From assembly GCA_015057365.1 (NCBI GenBank), contig SVEN01000001.1, positions 13,382 through 77,381 on the forward strand: a DNA stretch of 64,000 nt, read 5' to 3'. The stretch's first letter is position 1. Each line of letters starts with the position of its first letter. Position numbers and translations under genes: made by a program. This stretch comes from Lachnospiraceae bacterium (GTDB lineage: Bacteria; Bacillota; Clostridia; Lachnospirales; Lachnospiraceae). Positions 19,445 to 29,556 of the stretch are shown piece by piece. Under the pieces are notes generated by a model. The model saw nothing but the letters and a program-made list of their open reading frames with translations. It had not been told where the DNA came from and did not search any database.

Positions 19445-20278
19445 TCATGCGAATAATTCTAATTGTTCCGCGATTATCTCCGTACCTACCGCTCTTGATG
19501 GCACATCGCGTTCCGCCACAAACAATTCCGGCATAGGGAGCCCTCGTCTGTCGGCGGCAGCCTGCAATTCAATCCGGACGGTCTCATAAGCCAGCTCCGG
19601 TAAATTGTTTTCTTTACTCAGATGTGCAAGTATAACATGCTTAAGGCCCGGATGCAATACCTCACACAATAATTTTGCGGCAGTATCGTTGGATAAATGT
19701 CCGCGTTCTCCCAAAATACGCTGTTTTAAATAATAAGGGTAGGAACCCACCATTAACATATTGACATCGTGATTGGATTCTAAGTATAAAATCTCGGAAT
19801 CCGCAACCGCATCCAGAATCGACCGGTCATACATTCCCAAATCGGTTACCATAGACGCTTTCTTTCCACCGGCTTCAAAGGTATAACACACCGGATTGGC
19901 CGCATCGTGGGAAACGGAATGTGCTTTCGCAATCAAACCGTCAAACCAGAGCGTCTCTCCCGGTTTTACCTCATGAAGAAGTTCTTCCGGAATCCGGCCG
20001 ATATTCGTCTTCCCTTTAAGCATTCCGCAAAGGGTCTCCGCGGTACCGTAAAGCGGGATACCGTATCGTCTGGCCAGAACACCGATACCCTGAATATGAT
20101 CGGAATGCTCATGGGTAATCAATATTCCCTTTAAATCACCGGCTGCGGTCCCGATGGACTCCAACGCCTGTTCAATCCTCTTTCCGCTGATTCCCGCATC
20201 TACCAAAAGATGCGTCCTTCCGTGTCCTACATAAACGCAATTTCCGCTGCTTCCGCTGGCAATTGCACATAATCTCAC
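19445..20278 (-). CDS. MBL-fold metallo-hydrolase (YycJ-like)
   Basis: 277 aa with THEHSDHIQG (HxHxDH) and downstream His/Asp ligands. Confidence 0.85.
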   Translation of the reverse strand: MRLCAIASGSSGNCVYVGHGRTHLLVDAGISGKRIEQALESIGTAAGDLKGILITHEHSDHIQGIGVLARRYGIPLYGTAETLCGMLKGKTNIGRIPEELLHEVKPGETLWFDGLIAKAHSVSHDAANPVCYTFEAGGKKASMVTDLGMYDRSILDAVADSEILYLESNHDVNMLMVGSYPYYLKQRILGERGHLSNDTAAKLLCEVLHPGLKHVILAHLSKENNLPELAYETVRIELQAAADRRGLPMPELFVAERDVPSRAVGTEIIAEQLELFA

Positions 20279-20317
20279 ACCAAAACCTTCTTTCTTACTT
20301 ATCTTATCTGTCCGGTA

Positions 20318-22777
20318 TTATGACTTCCAGCCCAGCTCAATGACATCGCTGTCCTTAATGGCCTGCATAAAGGTAGTAGACGCGCCGTTTACCTTTACCA
20401 CCGGCTGGCGTCCTCTGGCATCCGCCAGATTAAAGGCCACCACATCCAATACATCCACCAACAAATAAGAGCTTTTTCCTTTTAATACTTTCGCCTGACC
20501 GTTGACGATAACAACAATCTCCGAGGCACCCGCAACCGGCTCTGTTCCCACTGCCGACTGTGTTGCGTCCGTCTGATTTTGTGCTCCGTCGATAGCACCT
20601 CCTTCGGCGGACTCCGCCAAAGCCTGTGGATTTACCGTTTCGCCCTTCGGTGTATCCTGTGCTACAGTTTTATTTCTCGGTACAAGAGGCGGCAACGGTG
20701 CTCCGGTCCGAACCGGTGCATAAGACTCCGTCGACATACTCTTCCCGAATTTCAGCGAGGATTCGCTGGCATTTAAGGAACTTAAAATCGACATCAGACG
20801 GGCTGCCTTGCCGTCATCCTCCTGCGGCTTCGGCTTCTTGTACTCTACCGGCACCTCTCTGACATAATCGTCATAGGACATGACATAGGACTCGTAGACA
20901 TCCTCCTTTGCCGTCGGTTCCACGTTATCGTCTGCGGATACCCCAAAGGCTTCCGCAATCTTCCGGGACGTAGTCACACCTTCTGCCGTCTTCTCTGCTG
21001 TCTCTTCCTTCTTCGACTCTGTCTCCGCCTCTATTCGGATAACAGCCCCGTCATATACCTTTGTTTCCGGTCCGGCAGACTCGCTGTTCACATACACATT
21101 ACTCGTCGGCGCAACATCCACAAAGGCCAATACCTGCTCCAAAGTATAATACTCCGGCGACAAAATCGCATCGCCTTCTTTGATTTCATAAGGTCCGGAA
21201 ACCGTTTCTCCGTTTACCTGCAAAAGTCGCGGACATGCCACCTTCGTGCCGTTCACCGTAAAGGATAGCGCCGCCTTGCTTTCCGGAAGCTTATCAATGG
21301 TGCAGGATGCATCCGCTCCCTTGGTGCCCGCCGAAATCTTAATCTTGTCATCTTCCGCAATCGGAGCGGTAATACTTACCGGCTCACCGTTTAGAACAAT
21401 CTCTGCCGCTTCCCCCAAGCGCCCCTTTACGGTGCGGGACTCTCCGTTTACGGTAAAGGTCAGTTCCTTGCCTCTGGCCGGAAACAGCTTCTCGTTCGGA
21501 TAACCGTACTGCATGGCCGCATCCGCCACCGTAAGATTACCGTTATCGTAAATCTTAATGCGTTCGTCATTTACTTTAACAAAAACGAAATTATTTCTTT
21601 GCTCATAGTAATTGAGGCAAATACCGATCGGCGTCACCAGAAGAGAATCCTTCTTAATCCCCTCCTGTTTATAGGTCACAAAGGATAACACATCTTCGCC
21701 TCTTAAGGCCACACGCTCCTTCGGCACATTAAGTTCCTCCGAAAGTTTCTCGATAAAGCCCGGAACCTTACCGCCGCCACCGACTACAAACACCGCACTC
21801 ACCGGCTTGTCACCGTTAAGCACAAGAATCTCTCTTGCAATGGCACCTGCCATCTCATCCACAGATTCTTTTATGTCAGCCAGCAATTCTTCCCGGTCTG
21901 TCTTCTGCTTAATGCCCATAATATCCGTATATGTAACCGACTTTTTCTTACCGGAGACCTCTAACTTCATGCGCTCCGCACTATTATAGTCCACTAATCG
22001 TTTTTTTGCAATGACTTCCGTCAACTTATCGCCCGCCATCGGTATCATTCCGTAGCCCACCACGGTTCCGTCTCTTGTAATGCAAATATCGGAAGTACCT
22101 GCGCCCACATCCACAAGCGCAATATTAAGCAAACGGAAGTTTTCCGGAATAGCCACAAGCATTGCCGCAATCGGCTCCAACGTTAAATTCGCCACCGTAA
22201 GGCCTGCCTTAGTTACTGCCGCATACAAACCGTCAATAACCTCATCCGGCAGGAAGGTCACCAGTACTTCCACACCGATTTTAGAAGCCTTGTGGTCCTC
22301 CAGATTCGTAATCATAAATCCGTTTAAATAATAATGAATGACGGTATAGGCAACACAAATATAATGATGCCCGTCATCCTTGGTGTCCTCTCGCATCTTC
22401 TGATGGGCCTTTTCCACCCCCATCATTTCCAAGGTATTTACGGTTTCCTCGTCTACCACCACTTCCTCGTCAAATTCCACCTCCGCAAAGGCACTTTCCG
22501 TATTTAACACACGACCTGCGGCTGCGATACATACCTCCGTAAGCTTCTCACCGGTCTGCTCTTCCAGTTCCTTCGTAATCTCGGAAACGGTATTCGCCAC
22601 AGCGGCAATGTCATGAATCTGACCGTCCATCATGGCTCTGGTGGCATGAAGTTTCGTACACTGGGCCACAACCGTAAATGCACGCTCCGCCGTTTTATAG
22701 CCTACGGTACCTACAATACTCCTCGTACCAATATCCAGTCCGTATACGAGCTTTTCGCTTCTGTCCGCCTGACTCAT
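20318..22777 (-). CDS. FtsA/actin-fold ATPase with a long C-terminal extension carrying ThiS-like beta-grasp repeats
   Basis: 819 aa. The N-terminal ~390 aa carry the actin-fold phosphate motifs YGLDIGTRS and LVDVGAGTSD plus VVGGGGKVPG. The C-terminal half has repeated VNG...(V/L)NG...D-x-I-x-I modules. A 4-nt overlap with the coaE stop suggests translational coupling. Confidence 0.75.
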   Translation of the reverse strand: MSQADRSEKLVYGLDIGTRSIVGTVGYKTAERAFTVVAQCTKLHATRAMMDGQIHDIAAVANTVSEITKELEEQTGEKLTEVCIAAAGRVLNTESAFAEVEFDEEVVVDEETVNTLEMMGVEKAHQKMREDTKDDGHHYICVAYTVIHYYLNGFMITNLEDHKASKIGVEVLVTFLPDEVIDGLYAAVTKAGLTVANLTLEPIAAMLVAIPENFRLLNIALVDVGAGTSDICITRDGTVVGYGMIPMAGDKLTEVIAKKRLVDYNSAERMKLEVSGKKKSVTYTDIMGIKQKTDREELLADIKESVDEMAGAIAREILVLNGDKPVSAVFVVGGGGKVPGFIEKLSEELNVPKERVALRGEDVLSFVTYKQEGIKKDSLLVTPIGICLNYYEQRNNFVFVKVNDERIKIYDNGNLTVADAAMQYGYPNEKLFPARGKELTFTVNGESRTVKGRLGEAAEIVLNGEPVSITAPIAEDDKIKISAGTKGADASCTIDKLPESKAALSFTVNGTKVACPRLLQVNGETVSGPYEIKEGDAILSPEYYTLEQVLAFVDVAPTSNVYVNSESAGPETKVYDGAVIRIEAETESKKEETAEKTAEGVTTSRKIAEAFGVSADDNVEPTAKEDVYESYVMSYDDYVREVPVEYKKPKPQEDDGKAARLMSILSSLNASESSLKFGKSMSTESYAPVRTGAPLPPLVPRNKTVAQDTPKGETVNPQALAESAEGGAIDGAQNQTDATQSAVGTEPVAGASEIVVIVNGQAKVLKGKSSYLLVDVLDVVAFNLADARGRQPVVKVNGASTTFMQAIKDSDVIELGWKS

Positions 22778-23409
22778 TCCGCCACCTCCTCACTCCTGTA
22801 CTTCTTAAACCATTGGGAAAGATGTTGCTCCACCTGCTCTACGATATGCGCCTCACACTCTTCCTGTGAGGAATCGTTGTATAAAACAAAATCACTTGCG
22901 GAAAAGAACAACTCCTCCGTGGCCTGCTCTTCCATAATGGAATCCACCCGTTCATCGGAATAGCCCCGGTTCGCCTTTAACCGTGCTCGTCGCATTTCCA
23001 CAGGTGCATGCACATACCAAAGCTCGTCGCAAATCTCCTTATAGCCCGCTTCTATCAGCAACGCCGCCTCAATGAGCACCGTTCCGTCAAACTTCTCCGC
23101 CCTAAGGCTTGCGATACGGTCCTCCACATAAATCCGTACTTTCGGATGTACACAGGCATTCAATTCCTCCACCCGATCTCCGAGGAATGCACGTTCATAA
23201 AGCTTACTGCGATTTAACGTCCCGTCCGCATTTACCAAATCCTCACCGAATAGGGAAAGAAGCTCCTCATGGGCACTGCCTCCCCGCTCCATCAGCTCGT
23301 GGGCAATGGCATCACAGTGCAAATATTCGATTGTATAATGTTTTTGCAGGATGCCGACTACCGTTGACTTTCCGGCACCCACGCCTCCTGTGATTCCGAT
23401 AACCTTCAT
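22774..23409 (-). CDS. coaE: dephospho-CoA kinase
   Basis: 211 aa. MKVIGITGGVGAGKST (P-loop) is a typical CoaE N-terminus, and the position after polA is typical of Firmicutes. Confidence 0.9.
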   Translation of the reverse strand: MKVIGITGGVGAGKSTVVGILQKHYTIEYLHCDAIAHELMERGGSAHEELLSLFGEDLVNADGTLNRSKLYERAFLGDRVEELNACVHPKVRIYVEDRIASLRAEKFDGTVLIEAALLIEAGYKEICDELWYVHAPVEMRRARLKANRGYSDERVDSIMEEQATEELFFSASDFVLYNDSSQEECEAHIVEQVEQHLSQWFKKYRSEEVAE

Positions 23410-23440
23410 GTTTCCTCACCTGATTTCGTTTTGCTTGCTT

Positions 23441-26098
23441 TTACTTTGTCTCATACCAGTCGCTACCGGTACTTACACTGGCCTCAAGCGGTACGGAAAT
23501 ATCCGCCGCTGCTTCCATTTCTTCTTGTAAGATCCGCTTCACATAGTCTACTTCGTTTTCCGGAGTCTCAATGAGAAGCTCATCGTGCACCTGAAGCACG
23601 ATTTTAGCCTTGCTCTTATCCTTCTTTAGCCGTGCATCCACACGAATCATTGCGATTTTCATAATATCCGCCGCCGTTCCCTGTACCGGGGAATTCATAG
23701 CGATACGCTCGCCGAAGGAACGTTGCATAAAATTGGAGGATGCAATCTCCGGTACCGGACGCCGTCTGCCGAACAGAGTCGTCACATACCCCTTCGTCTT
23801 TGCCTCTTCCACCAAAGAATCCAAATACAGCTTAATCTTCGGATAGGTCTCAAAGTAGCGATTAATATACTCCTCCGCCTCCTTACGGGAAATGTTCAAA
23901 TCCTGTCCCAATCCGAAAGAACTGATACCGTAAACGATACCGAAGTTTACTGCTTTTGCGTTACTTCTTTGCTGCGAGGTCACCTCATCATACGGAGTGT
24001 GAAACACCTGGGACGCGGTCAAACGATGAATGTCCTCCGCCTCTCTGTAAGCTCTGATGAGTTGCTCATCTCCGGACAAATGGGCCAGAATACGAAGCTC
24101 AATCTGGGAGTAGTCCGCATCCACAAAAATACACCCTTTCGCCGGAACAAACGCTTTACGAATCTTCCTGCCCAGTTCCATTCGTACCGGAATGTTCTGA
24201 AGATTCGGCTCTGCGCTGCTAAGCCGGCCTGTTGCCGTCACCATCTGCTGGAATTTGGAATGAATCCGACCGTCCTCCGAAACAAACGCCGGCAAACCGT
24301 CCGCGTAGGTGGACTTTAATTTCGTAAGCTGCCGATACTCCAATATATTTTCTACAATCGGGTCTTCACTACGGAGCTTTTCCAAAATATCCGCCGATGT
24401 GGAATACCCGGTCTTTGTCTTTTTGCCTCCCGGGAGTTTTAACTTTTCAAATAAAATCACGCCCAGCTGTTTCGGGGAATTGATGTTAAACTCCTCTCCC
24501 GCCAGCCGGTAAATCTCCTGCTCCAAACGGGTAATGCCCTCCGTTAACTGCTTCGAATACTCGCTAAAGAAAGAGCTGTTCACCGCCATTCCCACCTGTT
24601 CCATATCATACAGGGTAGACACCAGCGGAAGTTCAACGGTACGATATAAGTCCTCCATACCGGCCGTGCGAAGTTCCCCGATCAATACCGGATACGATGC
24701 CTGTGCGGTCATAGCTTCGTACGCCGCCACCTGTCTGCGGACCTCAATATCCGCCCCTGCATCCTCCTCCGGCTCCTCAAAGAGACTCATCTGCTTCGGC
24801 TCCTTTGCCACCAAAAGCGTCTCTGCCGCCGGCAGAGCCAATTTTAAATAATCTCTTGCAATATCCTCATAGGTATAACTGTTCTTAAGAGGATTTAACA
24901 AGTACGCACAAAGTGCCGCATCCGCATAATACGGTCTGTCCGCTTCCGATACCGCGGATAGGCACTCCTTCAAATCTATGGCAACAAGCACTGCTTGTTT
25001 TTCACAAACCTTATGAAGCATTTCCGCAGTTCCGGTCTTCTTCGTCACAGAAACCGGAAATACATAGGCCTTTCCCTTTACCGCCAGCACAAGCTCTTCT
25101 CCCCAAAGAGAAAAGCCCACCGGCTCATCCTTTGCAACTCCTGCAAAAAGAGCCTCCGCTTCCTTTTCCGAACCGATTACCTGCGGCTTTTCATCAAAAG
25201 CTTTATCATCACTGGAAAGCCCCTGCTCCGGAGAAAAGTGTCTTGCTAAAAGAGACTTAAACTCCAGCTCCTTACAAAGCTTATAGGCTTCATCCGTAAA
25301 AATATTACCGAACCGCGCCGCTTCATAGGAAAATTCCGGCTCCCAGTCCGTCTTAATCGTCGCCAAGGTCTTACTGAGCCGCGCCAAATCCGCATGCTCA
25401 CGAAGGGACTCTCTCGCCTTCTTCGGCTCTACCTCGTCTACATGGGCAATCGCTTCCTCTACCGTCGGAAACATGGCCAGAATCTTTGCCGCCGTCTTCT
25501 CTCCGATGCCCGGAACACCCGGGATGTTATCGGAGGCATCTCCCATCAGTCCCTTTAAATCCACAATCTGCGCCGGGGTAACACCGTACTTTTCCACCAC
25601 CTGCGCCGGGGTATAATCTTCAATCTCCGTACCGGTACGTTTCGTCTTCGGAATCCGCACCAATACATCCTCCGTCGACAACTGCAGTAAATCTCTGTCA
25701 CCGGATACCAAGGATACCTTCTTGCCGTCCTTAGCGCCCTTTGCGGAAAGTGCACCCAAAATATCGTCTGCCTCAAATCCCGGACACTCAATGGTCAGCA
25801 CGCCCATAGCAGAAAGCATCTGCTTAAGAAGCGGCATCTGCTCACGAAGTTCCTCCGGCATCCCCTTACGGGTCCCTTTGTACTCCGCATACATCTCATG
25901 GCGGAAGGTCGGATGCTTCACATCAAAGGCCACCGCCAGATAATCCGGCTTCTCTTCCTCCGCAATCTTAATCAAAATATTCAAAAAGCCCAGTACACCG
26001 TTTGTATGTCTGCCGTCCGTGGTTGTTAAATCAGGCAATCCGTAAAAGGCACGGTTTACTATGCTGTTTCCGTCGATTACCACAAGCTTTTCTTTCAT
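23441..26098 (-). CDS. polA: DNA polymerase I
   Basis: 885 aa with a 5-prime nuclease N-terminus (LVVIDGNS..., GDRDLLQL) and pol motifs DYSQIELR, RSNAKAVNFGIVYG and QVHDEL. Confidence 0.96.
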   Translation of the reverse strand: MKEKLVVIDGNSIVNRAFYGLPDLTTTDGRHTNGVLGFLNILIKIAEEEKPDYLAVAFDVKHPTFRHEMYAEYKGTRKGMPEELREQMPLLKQMLSAMGVLTIECPGFEADDILGALSAKGAKDGKKVSLVSGDRDLLQLSTEDVLVRIPKTKRTGTEIEDYTPAQVVEKYGVTPAQIVDLKGLMGDASDNIPGVPGIGEKTAAKILAMFPTVEEAIAHVDEVEPKKARESLREHADLARLSKTLATIKTDWEPEFSYEAARFGNIFTDEAYKLCKELEFKSLLARHFSPEQGLSSDDKAFDEKPQVIGSEKEAEALFAGVAKDEPVGFSLWGEELVLAVKGKAYVFPVSVTKKTGTAEMLHKVCEKQAVLVAIDLKECLSAVSEADRPYYADAALCAYLLNPLKNSYTYEDIARDYLKLALPAAETLLVAKEPKQMSLFEEPEEDAGADIEVRRQVAAYEAMTAQASYPVLIGELRTAGMEDLYRTVELPLVSTLYDMEQVGMAVNSSFFSEYSKQLTEGITRLEQEIYRLAGEEFNINSPKQLGVILFEKLKLPGGKKTKTGYSTSADILEKLRSEDPIVENILEYRQLTKLKSTYADGLPAFVSEDGRIHSKFQQMVTATGRLSSAEPNLQNIPVRMELGRKIRKAFVPAKGCIFVDADYSQIELRILAHLSGDEQLIRAYREAEDIHRLTASQVFHTPYDEVTSQQRSNAKAVNFGIVYGISSFGLGQDLNISRKEAEEYINRYFETYPKIKLYLDSLVEEAKTKGYVTTLFGRRRPVPEIASSNFMQRSFGERIAMNSPVQGTAADIMKIAMIRVDARLKKDKSKAKIVLQVHDELLIETPENEVDYVKRILQEEMEAAADISVPLEASVSTGSDWYETK

Positions 26099-26101
26099 CG
26101 C

Positions 26102-26569
26102 CTACTCCTTGTCTTCCGGTTCGGAATTCTCCTCTCTATCTTCTTCCTGTTCCAAAGAAATCCGGTCCTCGTCCTCCTGCTCTGTCTCTTCTTCAACACC
26201 CGCAATCATCCGGAAGAACCGCTTATCTTCCTCCTGTCTGGCCTCCTTTATCGTAATGCCGCTTTGCAACACCAGCAGCACCACCACGACCCCCAGCACA
26301 ATTCTTCTTCGTATACAGGAACGTTTCCGCTTCAACTCATCCAAATAGCATGTCTCTATTTTTTGATTTAATTCCTCGATATAATTATCCGACAAATCAG
26401 TATCCTCGTCCAACTGCTTCATGGCAGTCATTAGGGAATAGGTTACCTCAAGTTCCTCCCTACACTCCGGACAGCTGTCGATATGGTCCAGAAATGCCTG
26501 TACATCTTCAGCATCCAATTGTTCGTTAATAAACTGTGTCATCAGCTCCATCGCCCTCTTACACTCCAT
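26102..26569 (-). CDS. zf-HC2-type anti-sigma-factor-like membrane protein with acidic C-terminus
   Basis: Start at ATG 26569 (GGAGG 8 nt upstream). Contains C-x25-H-x3-C-x2-C (MECKRAMEL...FLDHIDSCPEC), one TM (IVLGVVVVLLVL) and an E/D-rich tail. Confidence 0.65.
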   Translation of the reverse strand: MECKRAMELMTQFINEQLDAEDVQAFLDHIDSCPECREELEVTYSLMTAMKQLDEDTDLSDNYIEELNQKIETCYLDELKRKRSCIRRRIVLGVVVVLLVLQSGITIKEARQEEDKRFFRMIAGVEEETEQEDEDRISLEQEEDREENSEPEDKE

Positions 26570-26667
26570 CAAGACAGCCTCCTTCCTTTGTAATTCCAAC
26601 CGACTTGTCACCTCTGCCCTATGTACATACAATATCAATTTAGTATACCATTTTTACAAAAAAAAAG

Positions 26668-26702
26668 CAAGAACTCTCACCCCCGCAGGGCAAGAGTTCC
26701 TG
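26668..26702 (-). terminator. intrinsic terminator after the permease gene
   Basis: Minus strand: CAGGAACTCTTGCCCTGCGGGGGTGAGAGTTCTTG followed by a T9 run. Confidence 0.8.
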
Positions 26703-26725
26703 TTTAAATTTTTATTACAAAATCA

Positions 26726-28009
26726 TTACATTCCGAACAGTACCCAAATTAATACATACGCCGGGATCACTGCCGCCAGCGTAAACGGAATACCGATTTT
26801 AAAGAAGTCCTTGTTCTTTACTTCATAACCGGCCTTGCGAAGGATACCGATACCGGTAATATTCGCAGAAGCTCCGATCGGGGTAATATTACCGCCTAAG
26901 GTTGCTCCGGATAAAAGACCGAAGTACAATGCCGTCGGATCAATGTTTAACGCAGTTGCAATGCCCGCAATGACCGGAATCATGGTAGCCACGTACGGAA
27001 TGTTATCGATAAATGCGGAAATCATTACGGACGCCCATACAATAATGGTATACAACAGGAACACGTTGTTGCCGCCGGCCTTTGCCAAAAGATTTGCAAG
27101 GGCATCAATCACACCCATGTGGGTAATGCCGCCGATCATGAGGAACAGACCGATTAACAGCCCGATGGTATTAAAGTCGATTGCCTTAAGCGGCGGCAGA
27201 GCAGCCTTTATCGTGTCTTTCTTCACACAGTTTACGATGATACCGATTACCATTAGATTCGTACAAATCAATCCGTTAGTAATATCCGGCTTGTTCGGAA
27301 TAAAGGACGCTCCGATTAACAGCACAATCGCGCCCACCAAAAGCACCGTCGGCACATAGTCCGTCACTACGGTTCTGTTCGCAGCCCCGTCGTTTTTATT
27401 TAACTTAAGCTTTCTTTCCTTGCGGAACACAAACGCAACGATAAATGCAGACAGCACCGCACCCAGCTCTACGATAAAGAACATACTCGGCTTTCCCTTG
27501 TACCAGAAAAAGTCAAGGAAGCTCATATCCAGTGCGGAACCCAGCAAAATCGCCGTGGTATCTCCTACCAGCGTTGCTGCCCCCTGTAAATTGGAGGCCA
27601 CCGCAATACTGATAATAAACGGCACCGGATTTAGCTTTAACTTCTTACAAATCTCAAGTGCCACCGGCGCTACCATAAGCACCGTTGCCACATTATCCAC
27701 AAATGCGGAAATCACACCGGCAAACAGAGACAATGCCACCACCGCAATCTGCACGTTCGGTACTTTCTCCATAATAATATCCGCCAAAAGCGCCGGCATC
27801 TTACTTTCAATAAACAGAGCTACCAGCCCCATGGTTCCGGCTATCATCAAAAGTACATTAAAGTCCAGCGCCGGAAGAATCTCCTTCACCGGAAGCATGC
27901 CGCTCACAATAAAAATCAGTGCCGAGCCCAAAGCGATATACGGGCGGTACTTACTAAAAATAAGCATCAGCACATAAGTCAGTGCAAATAAAACAATTGC
28001 AGGTATCAT
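26726..28009 (-). CDS. ArsB/NhaD (CitMHS-like) family anion permease
   Basis: 427 aa and highly hydrophobic. FVDNVATVLMVAP and ASNLQGAATLVGDTT resemble the ArsB/NhaD superfamily. Confidence 0.75.
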   Translation of the reverse strand: MIPAIVLFALTYVLMLIFSKYRPYIALGSALIFIVSGMLPVKEILPALDFNVLLMIAGTMGLVALFIESKMPALLADIIMEKVPNVQIAVVALSLFAGVISAFVDNVATVLMVAPVALEICKKLKLNPVPFIISIAVASNLQGAATLVGDTTAILLGSALDMSFLDFFWYKGKPSMFFIVELGAVLSAFIVAFVFRKERKLKLNKNDGAANRTVVTDYVPTVLLVGAIVLLIGASFIPNKPDITNGLICTNLMVIGIIVNCVKKDTIKAALPPLKAIDFNTIGLLIGLFLMIGGITHMGVIDALANLLAKAGGNNVFLLYTIIVWASVMISAFIDNIPYVATMIPVIAGIATALNIDPTALYFGLLSGATLGGNITPIGASANITGIGILRKAGYEVKNKDFFKIGIPFTLAAVIPAYVLIWVLFGM

Positions 28010-28112
28010 AGTATTTCTCCTTTGTCTATTATATTCCTTAACTAACTATAATACACGAAACTTCCCGCAATGACAAGCACCAAATGCCGGAAAATCGCCA
28101 GGCCTTTTTTCT

Positions 28113-28844
28113 TTATCTTTGCGCCGCCCGTAAACGCAGGGTAACACACGCAACCCTGCGTTTTTTATAGGTATGCTCCAAAATCACAAGCCCCAGCCAT
28201 GTTCCGAGAAGCATCAGGCCTACAAACACAATCGCCACCAGCCACCACGGCATTACATACTCCACCGCAGCGTCCGCAACAAAATGTAAAGCTCCACGAA
28301 AGGCGCTTTTCCCCAGTGCCATACATACCGCATTAATTCCGAAGAATATCATCACCACCGAAGAAATCCAGGCATAGCCGGTCGTAATCATCCCCAATAC
28401 ATAGGTAATCGCAAAGCTAATCAACATATCATCCAGCAATGACACCTCACAAAGCCCCAGCGCTACACACAGAAGGCGCATTGCCACCGCCGGTAAGATT
28501 CCCACCGCAAAGGATACCAAACGACTCACCACCAGTCCCTTTGTTAATACATACTTCGCCTTCGGAAAGCTCAGCAAACTTTTCCCGCAAGACAACATTG
28601 CCGAGCCCTGATTTCCGAAATATACACCGAACATCCAGAAAAAGAAGGCCGGGAAAATACTGAAAAAGAACTGCTCCCCGGTAGAAGATGCTTCTCCCAC
28701 CAGCTTATCGATGATAAAACCGCCTCCGGTGATAATTGCAGTCACCGCATAAACCGCGTAGAATACCGGATGCCAGCCGAACATTGCCTTATATTCTTTA
28801 TTTGCTTTCATCAGTTTTATTGCATGTTTCAATTCATTCTCCAT
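28113..28844 (-). CDS. multi-TM membrane protein, unknown family (third membrane gene of YtrA-like locus 1)
   Basis: Start re-placed at ATG 28844 (GGAGG 9 nt upstream; the upstream gene stops at 28849). At least 6 predicted hydrophobic helices. Confidence 0.6.
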   Translation of the reverse strand: MENELKHAIKLMKANKEYKAMFGWHPVFYAVYAVTAIITGGGFIIDKLVGEASSTGEQFFFSIFPAFFFWMFGVYFGNQGSAMLSCGKSLLSFPKAKYVLTKGLVVSRLVSFAVGILPAVAMRLLCVALGLCEVSLLDDMLISFAITYVLGMITTGYAWISSVVMIFFGINAVCMALGKSAFRGALHFVADAAVEYVMPWWLVAIVFVGLMLLGTWLGLVILEHTYKKRRVACVTLRLRAAQR

Positions 28845-28848
28845 CTTA

Positions 28849-29547
28849 TCAATTTCCTCCGGAATTTGTCTGCAGCACCGCCGGAATCCCCGGTCTCCTG
28901 CTTTTATAACTTTGTTCCAATATACGTTTTTCAAGCAACGTTCCGCCAATCACACACACTAAGAAAATCAACACTGCTGCCCATACCGGTACATGAATCC
29001 ATTTTGTAAATATCCAAGCCCTATCCCAGCTGATTGTTATCATATACATAATCCATACCGCAATAAACATCGCTTTCGAACAGGTGCTGATTGCAGATAC
29101 CAGATATCCGACACCCCATACAAGCAAAAACACCTCTACTCTTGCATACTCCCGATACCCCATTCCTACCAGGCAAATTCTGGAAATCAAACACGGAACA
29201 AACGCCACAAGAAAGATAATCACACGATTGAAAAGCACACCTTTCACTGCCACACTTTTTGCCAACTTAGAGCCGCACAGCCATTTCCCCATATTGGAAA
29301 GAATCGTCTTTCCGCTCCCGTATATGGAATAGAACAAGAAGCACATCGCAGAAAATCCTCCGGTTGTGTAGCTGCTGGTTCGGTTCCTCATATAGGCGGA
29401 ATCTCTTCCGTCAAAGAAAAACCATTCTCCCCAATACGCCAGTACCAAAAAGAATCCTAAAAAGATCAGCGAACATCCGCAAATCCATCGAAACTTTCCG
29501 TTATGTCCCCACATCAATTTCATTGTACGTTTCCATTCACTCGTCAT
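28849..29547 (-). CDS. multi-TM membrane protein, unknown family
   Basis: 232-aa hydrophobic ORF packed within the operon. Confidence 0.6.
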   Translation of the reverse strand: MTSEWKRTMKLMWGHNGKFRWICGCSLIFLGFFLVLAYWGEWFFFDGRDSAYMRNRTSSYTTGGFSAMCFLFYSIYGSGKTILSNMGKWLCGSKLAKSVAVKGVLFNRVIIFLVAFVPCLISRICLVGMGYREYARVEVFLLVWGVGYLVSAISTCSKAMFIAVWIMYMITISWDRAWIFTKWIHVPVWAAVLIFLVCVIGGTLLEKRILEQSYKSRRPGIPAVLQTNSGGN

Positions 29548-29556
29548 AGACGCCTC

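Noticed and set aside
26570-26638. Longer form of the anti-sigma-like ORF starting at 26638
   Set aside because: That start is a TTG lying inside or just after the -10 element. ATG 26569 has GGAGG 8 nt upstream, and the zinc motif begins right after it.
28845-28949. N-terminal 35-aa extension of membrane ORF 28113-28949, overlapping the upstream gene by 101 nt
   Set aside because: The internal ATG at 28844 has a GGAGG RBS at ideal spacing and lies just after the upstream stop codon. The extension is hydrophilic and Cys/Arg-rich, and is probably not translated.
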